Of a stretch of DNA of 64,000 nucleotides, positions 15,828 through 30,362 are shown in pieces. The notes below the pieces were generated by a model, which was not told where the DNA came from, made no database searches, and saw only the letters and a program-made list of their open reading frames with translations. The DNA lies in NCBI GenBank assembly GCA_964016885.1, contig OZ024750.1:30070001-30134000 (forward strand), written 5' to 3'. Source of the stretch: Eledone cirrhosa. Lineage: Eukaryota. The number at the start of each line of letters is the position of its first letter. The stretch's first letter is position 1. The position numbers were made by a program, and so were the translations under genes.

Positions 15828-17780
15828 TTAACTTCAAAAGATTAAGGATAGGCTTCGACTTGATGAACCTCAAAGCTTAAGAAAAATTTTTAACTTTTTA
15901 ATCAATCCAAAATTATTTAATAATCAATCCAAAATTATTTCCAGTAAATTAAAGATAAATCTAAATTTCTCTGACTTCAACTGTTATTATATAACATGGT
16001 TGATCTATAAATATAACATGATTCTGTTATAGAAACACAAATACATGCTAGTCTCTTCAAGAATATATGAGTATATATATAAATATACTTTCAAACTGTT
16101 TGAAATTTAACCGCCTAATTATGTGATTGGTTCTATATCTTGGGCCTATGTATTCCTACGCCTTTGGAAACCACGTGACAACAGTGGCAGGTGTGAACTG
16201 CTATGGTGTCACTAATAGAACGAGATGGACTGCCACCCGTTGACAAAATTCTGCATTGATCCTAGCCACCTCCATTCCTTCCAGACAATTCTGGATTTAA
16301 TGCATGGTTTCTGTGTACTGGGTGCAATTATTGCACCACAGTGCACATGGCATGGAGTAGAAACCAACTATTTCGTTTGATCCGGGCTAAATTGTTTATA
16401 TTCGCACATAATCCAGAACTTGCCACTAATAACTAAAAGTGTGCACTCTAAATCACAGACTGATGCTTCAGAAGTGCAAGGCAAGTGGGAAAGTTCAATG
16501 TACAAGCACAAGCCCAGTTTGTCTAGTTCGATACACCTATATATATAATATATATATATATTTCATTACTGAGATAGTAACTTAACATATAGTTCTTATG
16601 TAAAAGTATGTTGGATATTTTAAATTAGATGGAAATCCTTTAAAATGAATAGTTTTGCTTCATTGAACCAGAACTGGTTTTGGTCAGATTGGTATCGAAA
16701 GGTGTAAATAAATTAGTCACAGATTTCTTAGTGTAGAAGCATAGAAGTTCAATTAACAGGTTTAAAAGATCTTCCTGATACCTATAAAGATTTGAATTGC
16801 TAAAAAAAATGTTTTGTTATTCAATTTTAAAAAAATAAAAAAAACAAATAAAAACAAAACTTAAGACAAAAAATACCTGTTAAATAAAACCTAGATTAAC
16901 AAGACAAGTAGACAATAACCTCACCTGGAATTTGAGAAATAGAGTAGTAAAGGTAGGAGATTGAAGAAAAGGTAAACATTTATGTTAGCTTTCTCTCATA
17001 TGAACTTAACTAATTAATATTTCAATTGTTTGAGTTGCTAATTAGAAAATTAGATTTCTGTTGATTAAATAAAAAAAAACTGAAGAAACATTGTTGAAAA
17101 TAATATTTGTAATATCTAAATAAAATATATATCATATATTATTGTATGTATATATCATCATCATCACCGTTTTACGTCCATTCTTTCATGCTATCATGGG
17201 TTAGACGGGTTGTCCTGTTGTGAGCAGTGTCCAGTCGGCTGACCTTGTCTTGCTCATACGGCAACTGATTTTCGCTTGATTTCTACAGCTGGATGTCCTT
17301 CCTAACACCAATCTCATTTACAGTGAGTGCTGGGTGCTTTTTTCCATGGCGCCTACACGACCACTTTGCAGTGGGAGGGGATGAGGGTATATTGTCTATA
17401 TGCTTCAGCTTCGGCTTGTACCCGTCGGAATGTGTGTGTGTATGTGTATATATATATATATATATATATGTACATACGCTGTAATGTGATCGTGTAGGTA
17501 ACACGGTAAAAAATTCCCAGTCCACACTGTAAATGTGGTTGGTGTTAGGAAGGGCATCCAGCTGTAGAAAACCTGCCAGATAGTCATATACGAGTGAGAC
17601 ACGGTCACCCGACCAATCCTGCCTTAAGTGGGACAACTCCTGTCTAACCCATGCTAGCGTGGAAGGTAGACGTTAAACGATGATGATGATGTATATATAT
17701 ATATATATGTATATGGTATATATATATATATACATATGTGTATATATATACGTATATGTATATATGTGTATATATATACA

Positions 17781-17821
<41 letters not shown>

Positions 17822-17978
17822 ATATATATATATATATATGTGTGTGTAGAGGTTATATTTAATTTGTTGGGATACAACAAGCAAAATATTTTTATAACTG
17901 ATATAAAGCACTCAACAAATTATTGGAGTAAATATACGATATATTAACAAATGGAAACTATATTTATAAAACCATATT

Positions 17979-18044
17979 TATTTCATTATACATATTTCAA
18001 GGGCCACGAAGGCAAACTATGGTGCGCTTTCATCAGATAAAATA
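17979..18044 (-). ncRNA. Type I hammerhead ribozyme motif (family P2), mirror copy
   Basis: Reverse complement of 18204-18269 with one difference in stem II. Confidence 0.75.
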
Positions 18045-18203
18045 TAATATAAGTTAGTTTTATAAATAAATATTGACATACCCTGAAAAAATGCAACCAT
18101 TCTGGTTGGAATCTCCTGGATAGTCTATCTAGGAGATTCCAACCAGAATGGTTGCATTTTTTCAGGGTATGTCAATATTTATTTATAAAACTAACCTATA
18201 TTA

Positions 18204-18269
18204 TATTTTATCTGATGAAAGCGCACCATAGTTTGCCTTGGTGGCCCTTGAAATATGTATAATGAAATA
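18204..18269 (+). ncRNA. Type I hammerhead ribozyme motif (family P2)
   Basis: TATTTTAT-CTGATGA-AAGCGCACCA..TGGTGGCCCTT-GAA-ATATGTAT-A^ATGAAATA. Stem I is 8 bp with one G-U pair; predicted cleavage after 18261. Confidence 0.78.
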
Positions 18270-19637
18270 AATATGGTTTTATAAATATAGTTTCCATTTG
18301 TTAATATATTGTATATATATATATGTATATGTATAATATGTATATATATGTATATATATATACATCTGGGAGAGGGAAACTCTGAAAAAAAAAACCTGCG
18401 GCTTCAGAAGCATCTGATGATGTTGACCAGTTCTCCTTTTCGGGTAGTGTTTTCGATGCTCAGAGAGTGGGATTGGTCAAGTGCAAGGCCTTTCCCCACT
18501 TAAAAAACTTTCAAAGCACATGCATTGCTTGTTCAGGTTATCTTACAGGTTTGTGTGGCTGGCCATAGCCTAAAAGTGCACCAAACTCTATAATATGACA
18601 AGTGATTGCAATACTATTAGCAGAGTTTGCCCCCATCATATATATATATCATCATCATCATCATCATCGTTTAACGTCCGTGTTCCACGCTTGCATGGGT
18701 TTGGACGGGAGTTTTTCCACTTGAGGCAAGAGTGGTTGTCTTGCTCGTATAGGACTGTCTGGCGGGTTTTCTACAGCTGGATGCCCCTCCTAACACCAAC
18801 CACATTTACAGTGTGGGACTGGGAGGTTTTTACCGTGTTGCCTACACAGCCACATTACAGCGTGGACTGTGTGTTTTTTGTCGTGACAACTACACAATCT
18901 CATTTGTTTCGGCCTGGATGTTATATATATACCAATGACTAGAACCAGTAAAAGAGTGCTCTCACATGGCCACAGTCTAATGACTGAAGCAATAAAAGAT
19001 TTAATTAGTAATTTTGACTAATTGTGATTCCTCTCAAATATGTTTTATGTAACAGCTTAATAAAATGTTTAATTGATAAAAGAAATATAATTATGTGTTG
19101 TTTAACATAAATATTTGACTGTGTAGTGATCAATGACATTAGCAATGGTCAGATTTGATTAGGCATATTTGGAGAGGTTACATATTACAGACCTGTCCAA
19201 CCCATACCTAACTTAATAGAATGTTTAATTGATAAGAGAAATATATTTAGAGTGTGTTGTTTAACATAAATATTTGACTGTGTGGTGGGCAGTAACATAA
19301 ACTATGATCAGTCATATTTGGAGAGGTCACACATTACAGATCTGTCCAACCCATACTAACAGGTATTAAGAAAAGAATGGAAAGAGACAGAGGACCAAAA
19401 AGTTGCATACATAATTTGCGTATTAGTGTGTATATGTGTGGATAAGTGTGTATATGTGTGTGTATTTGAGTGTATGAGTGTATTTGAGCGTATATGTGTG
19501 TATTTGAGTATAAATATGTGTATATATGTGTGAATATGTGTGTATTTGAGTATGAATATGTGTGTATTTGAGTGTGTATATGTGAGTATAAGTTTATTTG
19601 AATGTGAATGTATGTGTGTATGAGTGTGAGTATGAAT

Positions 19638-19698
<61 letters not shown>

Positions 19699-22324
19699 AG
19701 TGTAAATATGTGTATGTATATGTGTGTGTTTTGATGTGAATATGTGTCTGTGTATGAGTGTAAATATGTGTATGTATATGTGTGTGTTTTGATGTGAATA
19801 TGTGTCTGTGTATGTAATGTTTAAGTTTCAGTGAGTGTGTGTGATCACAGATGAAGAAGTCTTCTTGTATTCTCTGTTGCTTTAATCCTTTGGATACCAA
19901 ACCACTTGAAACTACTTGAAATTAATGATACAAAACTTCACCTTTTAAAATGTTTATACTCATATCAAATCTTTCCTTCACAATTTCATTTAAGAAATGT
20001 TTGTTACATAATGTTCTAAATATCACCTTACTAATGAAAGAATTATTTTATTAAATTCTTCCAAATATTTGATTACTTTCAAAATTAATTGTGACAAAGG
20101 CAGTATACTTGATTAAAAATAGGGTAATAAAAGGATTACTACTTCATGACACTAGGACAAGCTTTGGTCAGGAAAACGTCTGCCTTAGCAGGTAGATAGA
20201 TAGATATAAAGATAGATAGATGGACAAGCAGACAAATAAATAGATAGATAGATAGATAGATAGGCAGACAGATAGATAGAGAGATAAACAGATAGATAGA
20301 CAGATAGACAGTCAGACAGACAGATAGACAAATAGATAGATAGGCAGATAGTCAGACAGATAGATAGACAGATAGAAAGAAAGACTGATAGACAGATAGA
20401 CAGACAGATAGACAGATAGATGGACAAAAGAGAAAAAAATAGTGAGAGTGTGAGGGTGTGTATGTGTGAGTACTTGAGTACTAAAAAGTGATGTAATTAT
20501 GTGGGAGAGAGAGAGAGAGAGAGAGAGCAAGGAAAAAGAAATGTAGAGGAGGAGGAGTAGGAGTAGGAGGCAGACATTTATAGCAGTGCAGTGTTATTTA
20601 TTATATATAGTCATGTGAGATATTCACAGCCTTTAAATGAAATAAAATAGATATTTTGTGCTCCACATACAGACAGCAGTACAGTTTTATTTAGGCCCCT
20701 AATAAAGTTGAAGATAACAAATTACTATTTTCAGTGAATAGTTTATACATTTTATCCACAAAACCAAGGAATGTGTTTTTGTATATGAAGCTTCTCTGAC
20801 ATACATAAACTACACAGTAAAAGCAAAAATTATTAAAATTGGATGACAAAACAACTGCAATTGGAAATCATTTAGTTGAAATGAGAAATTAATAACTGAA
20901 TAATTGATTATTTTATGCAGTCTTCAACAACAACAACAACAGCAACAACAACAACTAAAACTACAACAACAATATGATGTTTTACATAAAAAAAAAAATG
21001 GATGATAAAATAATAAAAATAAAAGAATCCCCTCCAGGAACAATGTTGGCTAAATATCACAGGTGTATTGATCCCTTGGTTGTCTCAACAATCGAAAAAG
21101 CAGAATCCGACTGTTGAAACTATAGAGACATAGGCAATGGAGACTTCACATTAAAATATTTTGTTATATGGTATATTTTGTTATATGGAATAAAGAAAAC
21201 TTCAGGTGGATTTTGGTGGTGGATTTAGCCTGTGTTTGTATTTAATGAAGATGAATTGAAAAATTGAAAACAAAAAAAAACAAAAAATATATATATATAT
21301 AATAAAGCACAAAAATATTTTTTTGGGGCGGTCTTTTATTATTTTTGTGTTTGTTTTGTTTTGTTCTTCAGCTTTAACCCTTTAGTATTTACATTACTCT
21401 ATATTTACTATTATATTTTCATGGTAAATACTTTATCTCATACTTATCTCACATTTAATTTAACTTAACCCTTTAGCATTCACATTACTCTATGTATACT
21501 ATTATATTTTCATGGTAAAAAATTTACCTCGCATAATTATCTCACATAATATCGAATCTATGAGATTTTGAAAGTATTTATTTTGAGAACAATACCTTAA
21601 CATCAGTTTGAGTGACCAGTTACAGCCAGTTTCAACAGAAAAAGGTAGAGAATTCTGGCCGGTTTGAACATTAAAGGGTTAAGTCTGCTCTCCAAACAAG
21701 TAAGTCAATCTGATCGATTTTTTTTAGTCTCTCATAGGGTTACTCCTTTGATAATGGGTTTTTAAACCCCAAAATATTTGGGATTGTTAAATTTGGTAAG
21801 GTAAGATTCTTTTGCTATCTTGGCAATCTAATATTCTTCCTAACAAATTGTTTGGCTTTCAAAATTTAAATTTGTGTTTCCTATTTAACAATGCTTTAAG
21901 CAAGCTACAAAGCTCTGTTATCTCACATAATATCGAATCTACGAGATTTTGATATTATTCATTTTGAGAACAATACCTTAACATAAGTATGAGTGGTTGG
22001 TTACAGCCAGTTTGAAGAAAAGGAGGTGAGAGATTTCTGGCCGGATACAGCCAGTTTAAATGCTAAACAGTTAAATGTCAAATGATGACAAGATATGGTT
22101 TGGTTTAATATCTTCTACAGAGAAGGTAAATGGTTTGCTGGCATCTTTCTTTCACTTGCTCTCAACATACACACACATATATATATATACCCATGCATAT
22201 ATACACATATACACATATGTGCACATATACACACACACATATATATATATACACTTATATAATATGTACACATTTACACATGTGCACTCACATTTATGCA
22301 CACATACACATATACACACACATG

Positions 22325-22367
<43 letters not shown>

Positions 22368-23469
22368 CCATGCATATGTACACATATACACACATGTGCA
22401 CTCACATATGCACAGATACACATGTATATACACTTACATAATTACACCCATGCATATGTGCACATATACACACATGTGCACACACTTATGCACACATACA
22501 CATGTACACACATACATCTGTGTACAGACCCATACTCATGTACACACATACACACACATGTGCGCTCACACACATGTATATACATATATACATACAGACA
22601 CATATGTATATACAAGTATGTTCCCACTTAAACATGCATACACAAACATGCACACACACACATACATATGTACATACACGTATGTACACATACACATACA
22701 AACATAGATTTTGAATGGATCTCCATCAGTTTCAATGATGAGTGTTCCATTTGTTTGATCAGTGGTATAGCCTTCTCATGAAATTAATATACAAGTGGCT
22801 GAGTATTCCACAGTCACATGTACCCTTAGGTAAATTCAGCATGACACACTGTGTTATAATGCTGGCCCTTTGAATTGTGAAGGTGTATGGCTTAGAGGTT
22901 AGAGTATTGGGCTTGCATTCATGAGGTTGTGAGTTCAATTCCTGGATCGGGCTGTGTTGTGTCCTTGAGCAAGACACTTTATTTCACATTGCTCTAGGTC
23001 ACTCAGCTATAGAAATAAGTTGCAATGACACTGGTGCCAAGCTGTATTGGCCATTTCTTTTCCCTTGGACAACATTGATGTCTTGGAGAGAGAAGGGGAG
23101 ACTGGCATGTATGGGAGACTGCCAGCCTTTTACTAACAACCTTGTCTGGACTTGTGCCAGATAAACATTCTAGATACAAATCCCATGGTCATTTGTGACC
23201 AAAGAGGGTCTTATTCTTATCCTTTGAATTACAAGTAAACTCAAATTGAAGGGCTTCCAAACAGTGTCTGTCTACCAATCTTCTGAGATCGTTTCTGATG
23301 AAGACAGTAAGGGTGAATCTGTAGTAGTGAGACTAATAATATGGAGTTACATAACTAGTATTGATTAGTCACTATTATTGATTATTGATTTATCATGATC
23401 AATCAACCTTCAGAAACAATCATAAAACAATGAACTGATTAAGTACTAAACTTCACCTTTTGTTCAACA

Positions 23470-23501
<32 letters not shown>

Positions 23502-23746
23502 GGCAGAAGGGATATTCAATTTGTTGGTAATTCAACAAATATAAGTGTTTATAACTGATTCAGAGCACTCAACAGAATTTTTCTGGAGTATAATATACAA
23601 TGATATTAAATAAATGGAAACTATATTTATAAAACCATATTTATTCTATTATATATATTTCAAGGGTACCAAAACTATCCAGGGATAACTTGAACTGTTA
23701 AGGTATATTCTCCTTGATTATGTCAAAATTTATAAAACACATTTCG

Positions 23747-23807
23747 TATTTTATCTGATGATAGCGTACCAAAATTTTGGTACCCTTGAAATATATATAA
23801 TAGAATA
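23747..23807 (+). ncRNA. Type I hammerhead ribozyme motif (P2-related)
   Basis: TATTTTAT-CTGATGA-TAGCGTACCAAAATTTTGGTACCCTT-GAA-ATATATAT-A^ATAGAATA. Stem I pairing is retained with the G-U at a different position; the first stem II pair is mismatched. Confidence 0.72.
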
Positions 23808-24199
23808 AATATGGTTTTATAAATATAGTTTCCATTTATTTAATATCATTGTATATATATATATATATATATATGCGTATATATATGCATATATATATAC
23901 GTATATATATATGCATATATATGCGTATATATATATATATGCATATATATGCGTATATATATGCATATATATATATGTGTGTGTGTATATATACATGTGT
24001 GTGTGTATGTATATATACATGTGTGTGTGTATGTATATATATATATGTGTGTGTATATATACATGTGAGTGTGTGGGTATATGTACATATGTACATCATA
24101 TAAATATAAACATGGTGTTAGGCATGGAATTCTATACTATATATCAGTGTAGCCTAACACTTATAATAATAATAAAAATAACAACAATAGTATCAGTAA

Positions 24200-25020
24200 T
24201 ATACACACATATATACATACATGCATACATATATACAGATGCATACACACATATATACATACATGCATACATATATACACAGAGATGCATACACACATAT
24301 ATACATACATGCATACATACACAGAGATGCATACACACATATATACATACATGCATACATACACACAGATGCATACACCCGTATATACATACATGCATAC
24401 ATACACACGTATATACATACATGCATACATACACACAGATGCATACACACGTATATACATACATGCATACATACACACATGCATACACACGTATATACAT
24501 ACATGCATACATACATACACACAGATGCATACACGCGTATATACATACATGCATGCATACATACACACAGATGCATACACACGTATATACATACATGCAT
24601 ACATACACACAGATGCATACACACGTATATACATACATGCATACATACACACATATATACATACATGCATACATACACACAGATGCATACACACGTATAT
24701 ACATACATGCATACATACACACAGATGCATACACACGTATATACATACATGCATACATACACACAAACATATATATATATATACACACACATACATACAC
24801 ATATATACACACATCCATTCATACATACACACAAACATATATATATACACACAAACATACATACATATAAATACACACACACATAAACACAAACATATAT
24901 ATATATATACACACATACATACACATATGTACACACACACATACATACATACACACACACATATATATACACACACACACATACATACACATATATATAC
25001 ACACACACATACATACACAG
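24200..25020. repeat. CATA/CA-derived compound minisatellite
   Basis: Repeating GATGCATACACACGTATATACATACATGCATACATACACACA-type units. Confidence 0.9.
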
Positions 25021-25484
25021 TCCATTTCAATTATCTAAGAGATATAGTTATTGTTTAAAAATCTGAATTAAGTGTTTGTGAGAATGTTTTTCAAGGAAAT
25101 TAATGGAATGGTCTAAGGAATAAGGCAATAAGGAACTAAATGATTGTTCTACTTTAGGCACAAGGCCAGCAATTATCCCAGTGCATTTCTGGTACTTTAT
25201 TTTATCGACCCCGTAAGGATGAAAGGCAAAGTTAACCTCGGCGGGATTTGAACTCAGATCATAAAGGGACGTAACTATGCTGGAAAGCATGGCGTCCGAC
25301 CCTCTACCGATAGTGCCAATCCACTGGAGAAGCAGGTTCAATACTTGCAAGCAGCAGGTGGAGAAATAATTAATTTTGTTAACTAATCTTGTCTAATTAG
25401 GAAATATTGGGTGCAGCAAAAAACAAACAAACAACAAAAGCTAGATAAACAGAGGAAAAGAAAGAAAAGGATTAGTTCTCTACT

Positions 25485-25524
<40 letters not shown>

Positions 25525-25579
25525 TATATACACATATATATATATATACACACACACACACATATATACACATATATAT

Positions 25580-25621
<42 letters not shown>

Positions 25622-26071
25622 TCATATACATACACACATATACTGTATATATATATACACACACACACACATATATATATAACTACAGCAGTAGTTCTAG
25701 AAACTTCATCCAGTATGACATAGGTGAGGGTTGGCATGGTGACAGTTGGGGGATAGGGAGCGATGGGGAAGTAGGGGGTGGCCGGTGGGAGGCTAAAATA
25801 ATAAAAAATAAAAAATAAAAAATGAAAAAATAAAACCTTTTAAGGACTTCCAGAAAATAATATCAGGCACGTCCTGCGTTTTATTTAATAAGTTATGTAA
25901 AAATAATAAGTGATATAATTACACATATATATCATATGATGATGATGATGATGATGATGATGGTGGTGATGATGATTATTATTGTTGTTATCATCATCAT
26001 CACCATCATCATCATGATCATCATCATCATCATCATCTCTACAACAGATTCTTGCTTTTAGTGAGATGTAG

Positions 26072-26374
26072 CTACACAACAAACTCATCTTCCCCAAGTT
26101 TTATAGATTCTAGATTCTTCTCCCAGTCATCATCATAGTATTGTCGGCGTTCAGTTTGGTTAGGGGAAGGAGCTAACCAGACTGAAGAGTGGTGGTTCGG
26201 TGTTGTTGAAAGAGAAGAAGAAGAGGAGAGGTTTGGAGCAGAGTTTCTTTGTTGGATGACCTTCTCCTTATGGTCCAGTTCTGTGAGAAGCAGTTTAATA
26301 CGTTCCTTCAATGAGTGGACATCATCGGCAGCAGAAATATCGGAACAACTTGACAAACTCCGATATCCAGCAGT
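26072..26374 (-). CDS. Terminal coding exon: short coiled-coil-like segment (VHSLKERIKLLLTELDHKEKVIQQ) and C-terminal EFVV*
   Basis: Acceptor tttgtttcttttctAG/ACT at 26374, phase 0, 100 codons plus TAG at 26072-26074. Non-repetitive sequence among repeats. Confidence 0.82.
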   Translation of the reverse strand, partial: TAGYRSLSSCSDISAADDVHSLKERIKLLLTELDHKEKVIQQRNSAPNLSSSSSLSTTPNHHSSVWLAPSPNQTERRQYYDDDWEKNLESIKLGEDEFVV

Positions 26375-27097
26375 CTAGAAAAGAAACAAAAAACAGATAC
26401 AATAGCATACAGTTATTTAAATATCATAAACTGAGTTTATTAGACCGAAAATTGGAAGAATTGTTAGAATGTCAGATAGAATGCTACACTGTAATCATCC
26501 TGCTTTCTTTATCATCATCATCATCACCGTTTTACAACCGTTCTTCCACGCTAGCATGGGTTAGACGGGTTGTGCTGTTATGGGCAGTGCCAGCTCGGGT
26601 GACCTTGTTTTGCTCATACGGGAACTGATTCTGGCTTGATTTCTACAGCTGGATGCCCTTCCTAACATCAACCTCATTTACAGTGAGTGTTGGGTGCTTT
26701 TTTTACGTGGCACCTACACGTTCACTTTACAGTGTGGGCTGGGTGCTTTTTTGCTGTGGCACCTCCACGACCACTTTGCAGTGGAATTATAGGGACCCCA
26801 GTCCTATCATCTCATTTCTACAGCTGAGTAAACTGGAGCAATGTGAAATAAAGTGTCTTGCTCAAGGAATCAACACATCACCCGGTCCAAGAATTGAACT
26901 CACAACCTTTCGATTGCAAGCCCAATGCTCTAACCACTAAGCCATGAGCCTTCTCTTTACTGAGTTAAAATTCTGCTAAGGTCAACTTTCATGCTTTTGA
27001 GGTCAAAAGTGAATGCTGGGAAAGGTCCAGAACATATCCTAGAGAACGCAAGTAAATCGCTCTACAGCTCACAACTTTGCCTTTCTGACATCATAAA

Positions 27098-27590
27098 GCA
27101 TCATCATCATCCGGCAGCCTCAGCCGAAATCCACTCAACAATTGATCTCCCCGTGAGTCTGCTGTTCATTGCTGCTGCCAAATCCTGGATTTCAATACCA
27201 GAATCTCTGGAGATGACATCGGGATAGGAGAGTTTGTGCCCCCTGTTATTAGTGACTGCTTGTGGTTTCCAAAGCACTAATGGGGACACAGCCTCATAGG
27301 TGGCACCAAAATCAGACTCTTCCAAGTAACAATTCATAAAGCAAAAGAGGCTCACATTAGCCAGATATGTGAAACATCACAATGAACCTGCTGGCAAAGT
27401 TCTTTTCTGGAAACCTAATGTGTGCAAATAAGTTGGGAGAGCAACCATTACACTGAAGAATGTTCTTGAAAATGACACCAAGTGGAAGGCAGGGAAAATT
27501 CAGACGGCAATGTTAGACAAGGTGAGATGGAGAAGGAACCTCCCTCATCATGGCACCAGTAACAGATATATAGAAAAAGAGGAAATAAAG
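27098..27590. mobile_element. Two RTE-like LINE 3' fragments head to head (27098-27310 -, 27330-27590 +)
   Basis: Minus: LVLWKP...LSYPDVISRDSG...AMNSR with GAT tail. Plus: HNEPAGKVLFWKP...AMLDKVRWR. Confidence 0.6.
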
Positions 27591-28812
27591 TAGCAGTCTA
27601 GAATTGAAATTACTTCTTTCTCTATTTATTTCTTTCCTTTTCTCTCTCCCTCACTGAAGAGGTATGGGCTCTGCCAAGTTTAAATGCAGCACTATTATGT
27701 TTTAATCAGGAATTATGGACCCATATATGAAAATTAAGCTATTAAAAAAAAGTTTAAAGTTAGTCTTGAGCTGTGAGTCTCATCAAGCTGGTACATATCC
27801 TGATTTCCATGATGTGAAGAGACTGAGAGTACAAGATTCCCCCCCTGGACAGGACGCCAGTCTATCATGGGGTTAAACCAACAGCTATTGTTGGTACTCA
27901 TTGTCACCTGTGTATACTGGAGCAATGTGAAATGAAGTGTTTTACTCAAGAACACAACACACAACCCAGTCCAGGAATCAAACCCACAGTACAACACACA
28001 ACCCAGTCCAGGAATCAAATCCACAGTACAACACACAACCCAGTCTAGGAATCAAACCCACAACATTATGATCGTAAGTCCAAACACCCTTATCACAAGG
28101 CTACCAACCGATTACATCATTTAAAAGTAATTTAAGCCATTCAAAAAAAAAATACACAAAAACCTCTGTTGTATTCCCTTTTTATCTCTAGAAATCAACT
28201 TTATTTGGCATCTTAATAGAATTTGAAGGTTTCATATCCTTTCAGATTCACTATCACCAACATAGTCAACATTGTTATGTCCACTAGCATGGGTGGGATA
28301 AGACATTTTTAGAAAGTTATCCTACAGTCAAATACATTCCTGATAGCAACCTATACTTTATTTATAAAATATGGTAAATACTGTTCCTCTTCACTGAGTC
28401 ATTAAACTGCAGGACATTTTGTTTATATGGGGCATAAACAAATGTCACTGCATATTTTAAACATTGCTAATAGAAATCTGCATGTGGTAAGCTGATAGAC
28501 ACACACATATATATATATATATATATGTACACACACATATGTATGTATAAGTGAGTTTACTACACACACATATATATGTACACACACATGTATGTATGTG
28601 AGAGTTTACTACACACACACAAATATATATGTACACACACATGCACACACACACACACACACACACATGCATAAGTAAGTTTACTACACACACATATGTA
28701 CACACACATGTATGTATAAGTGAGTTTACTACACACACACACATATATGTACACATACATATATGTATAAGTGAGTTTACTACACACACACACACACCGA
28801 CACATACACACA

Positions 28813-28955
28813 CCATCATCATCATCATTTTACGTCCGCTTTTCCCTGCTTGGACGGGTCCTATTCAGCACAGCATCTCTCCACCCGTCACAGCCCTTCG
28901 CCATCTCCTCTGTGAGTTTCAGCGATCTGAGGTCTGCTCTCACCACCTCTGCCCA
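28813..28955 (-). mobile_element. RTE-type LINE 3' end fragment
   Basis: WAEVVRADLRSLKLTEEMAKGCDGWRDAV...REKRT* followed by a (GAT)n tail. Confidence 0.7.
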
Positions 28956-29223
28956 TATACACACACACACACACTCACACACACATATATATTCATTTAT
29001 TATGGTTAAGTAGTGAGTCTTGTTACTCCAGAGTTTCATCTGTGGACTCACAGGATCATCAGGCATACGGGTATATCATCATCATCGTTTTTTACATCTG
29101 CTTTTCCATGCTTGCATGGGTTGCACAGATAACATGAATGGACCTGTTATTTTTATCTAAAGACATTTTTTCAAATTCCAACCCGCCCGTCTCCTAAATC
29201 TATTTTATTTCTCATTCTTTCTT

Positions 29224-29253
29224 CTGATGAAGGACTAGCGTCCGAAACGTTAA
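29224..29253 (+). ncRNA. Hammerhead-like core
   Basis: CTGATGA-A-GGAC-TAGC-GTCC-GAAACGTT. Clean stem II and palindromic ACGT, but stem I is only about 2 bp. Confidence 0.5.
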
Positions 29254-29962
29254 CCTAATATATCCCTTCCATATACTGTAGCGATTGTGTTGTTATTTCT
29301 GTTTACCTTTTACATATATATATATAGATAGATATATATACAATGTAAATAATAATCAAAGAGTGTTTAATCTTTCAAATGATCGTTTACATCAAGCTAT
29401 ATATATATAGCTATACTTTATATATATATATATATAACGAAGGAAATATGGTAAGGAACCAGGTGGACCATAACGCACCAAAGTACTCAATACTTAGGGT
29501 AGTAGAGTGGGTAATAGGAACAAGTAGGACTCCGACGGCTGAGCTCAAGCCGTTTCGACGGCTAATTCTGGACTAAATTTAGTCCAGAATTAGCCGTCGG
29601 GGTCCTACTCGTTCCTATATATATATATATAAATATATATGATAGTAATGTGTATAGAAGTTGCAGCTGCAAGTAGCAACCATCAAAGACTGCCACAAAG
29701 CACTTGATGGTGAAGTAATTAATAAATTTCTCCTCATTGTGAATGTAAGAAGTCAGGTAATAGTGACACTGAATAACGTGACCAGAGGCGTGTTATTGCA
29801 TTAAAGCTACAACAACGATGATGCAGATATATATATATATATAAAGTATAGCTATATATATATATATCGTGAGTAATATTAACTATTACCCAGCTACAAG
29901 TATGAATATAGCTTGATGTAAACGATCATTTGAAAGATTAAACACTCTTTGATTATTATTTA

Positions 29963-30001
<39 letters not shown>

Positions 30002-30132
30002 AAAGGTAAACAGAAATAACAACACAATCGCTACAGTATATGTAAGGTATATATTAGGTTAACGCTTCCAACAGAAATGGTCGCATTCTTTAAGGGTATG
30101 TCAATATTTATTTATAAAACTGATCTATATTA

Positions 30133-30197
30133 TATTTTATCTGATGAAAGTGCACCATAATTTGACTTGGTGTCCTTGAAATATGTATAATGAAATA
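30133..30197 (+). ncRNA. Type I hammerhead ribozyme motif (family P2)
   Basis: TATTTTAT-CTGATGA-AAGTGCACCA..TGGTGTCCTT-GAA-ATATGTAT-A^ATGAAATA within element 30065-30315, which ends in (TA)n. Confidence 0.75.
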
Positions 30198-30362
30198 AAT
30201 ATGGTTTTATAAATATAGTTTCCATTTGTTAATATATCGTATTTTTACTCCAATAATTTGTTGTTATAAAAATATTTGCTTGTTGTATCCCAACAATTTA
30301 AATAGAACTTCTACATATATACATATATATATATATTTATTAAAATAACAGATTAAAGTTAT

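Noticed and set aside
23295-23330. CTGATGA occurrences here and at about 18414
   Set aside because: No stem II followed by GAAA and no stem I complementarity, so not hammerheads.
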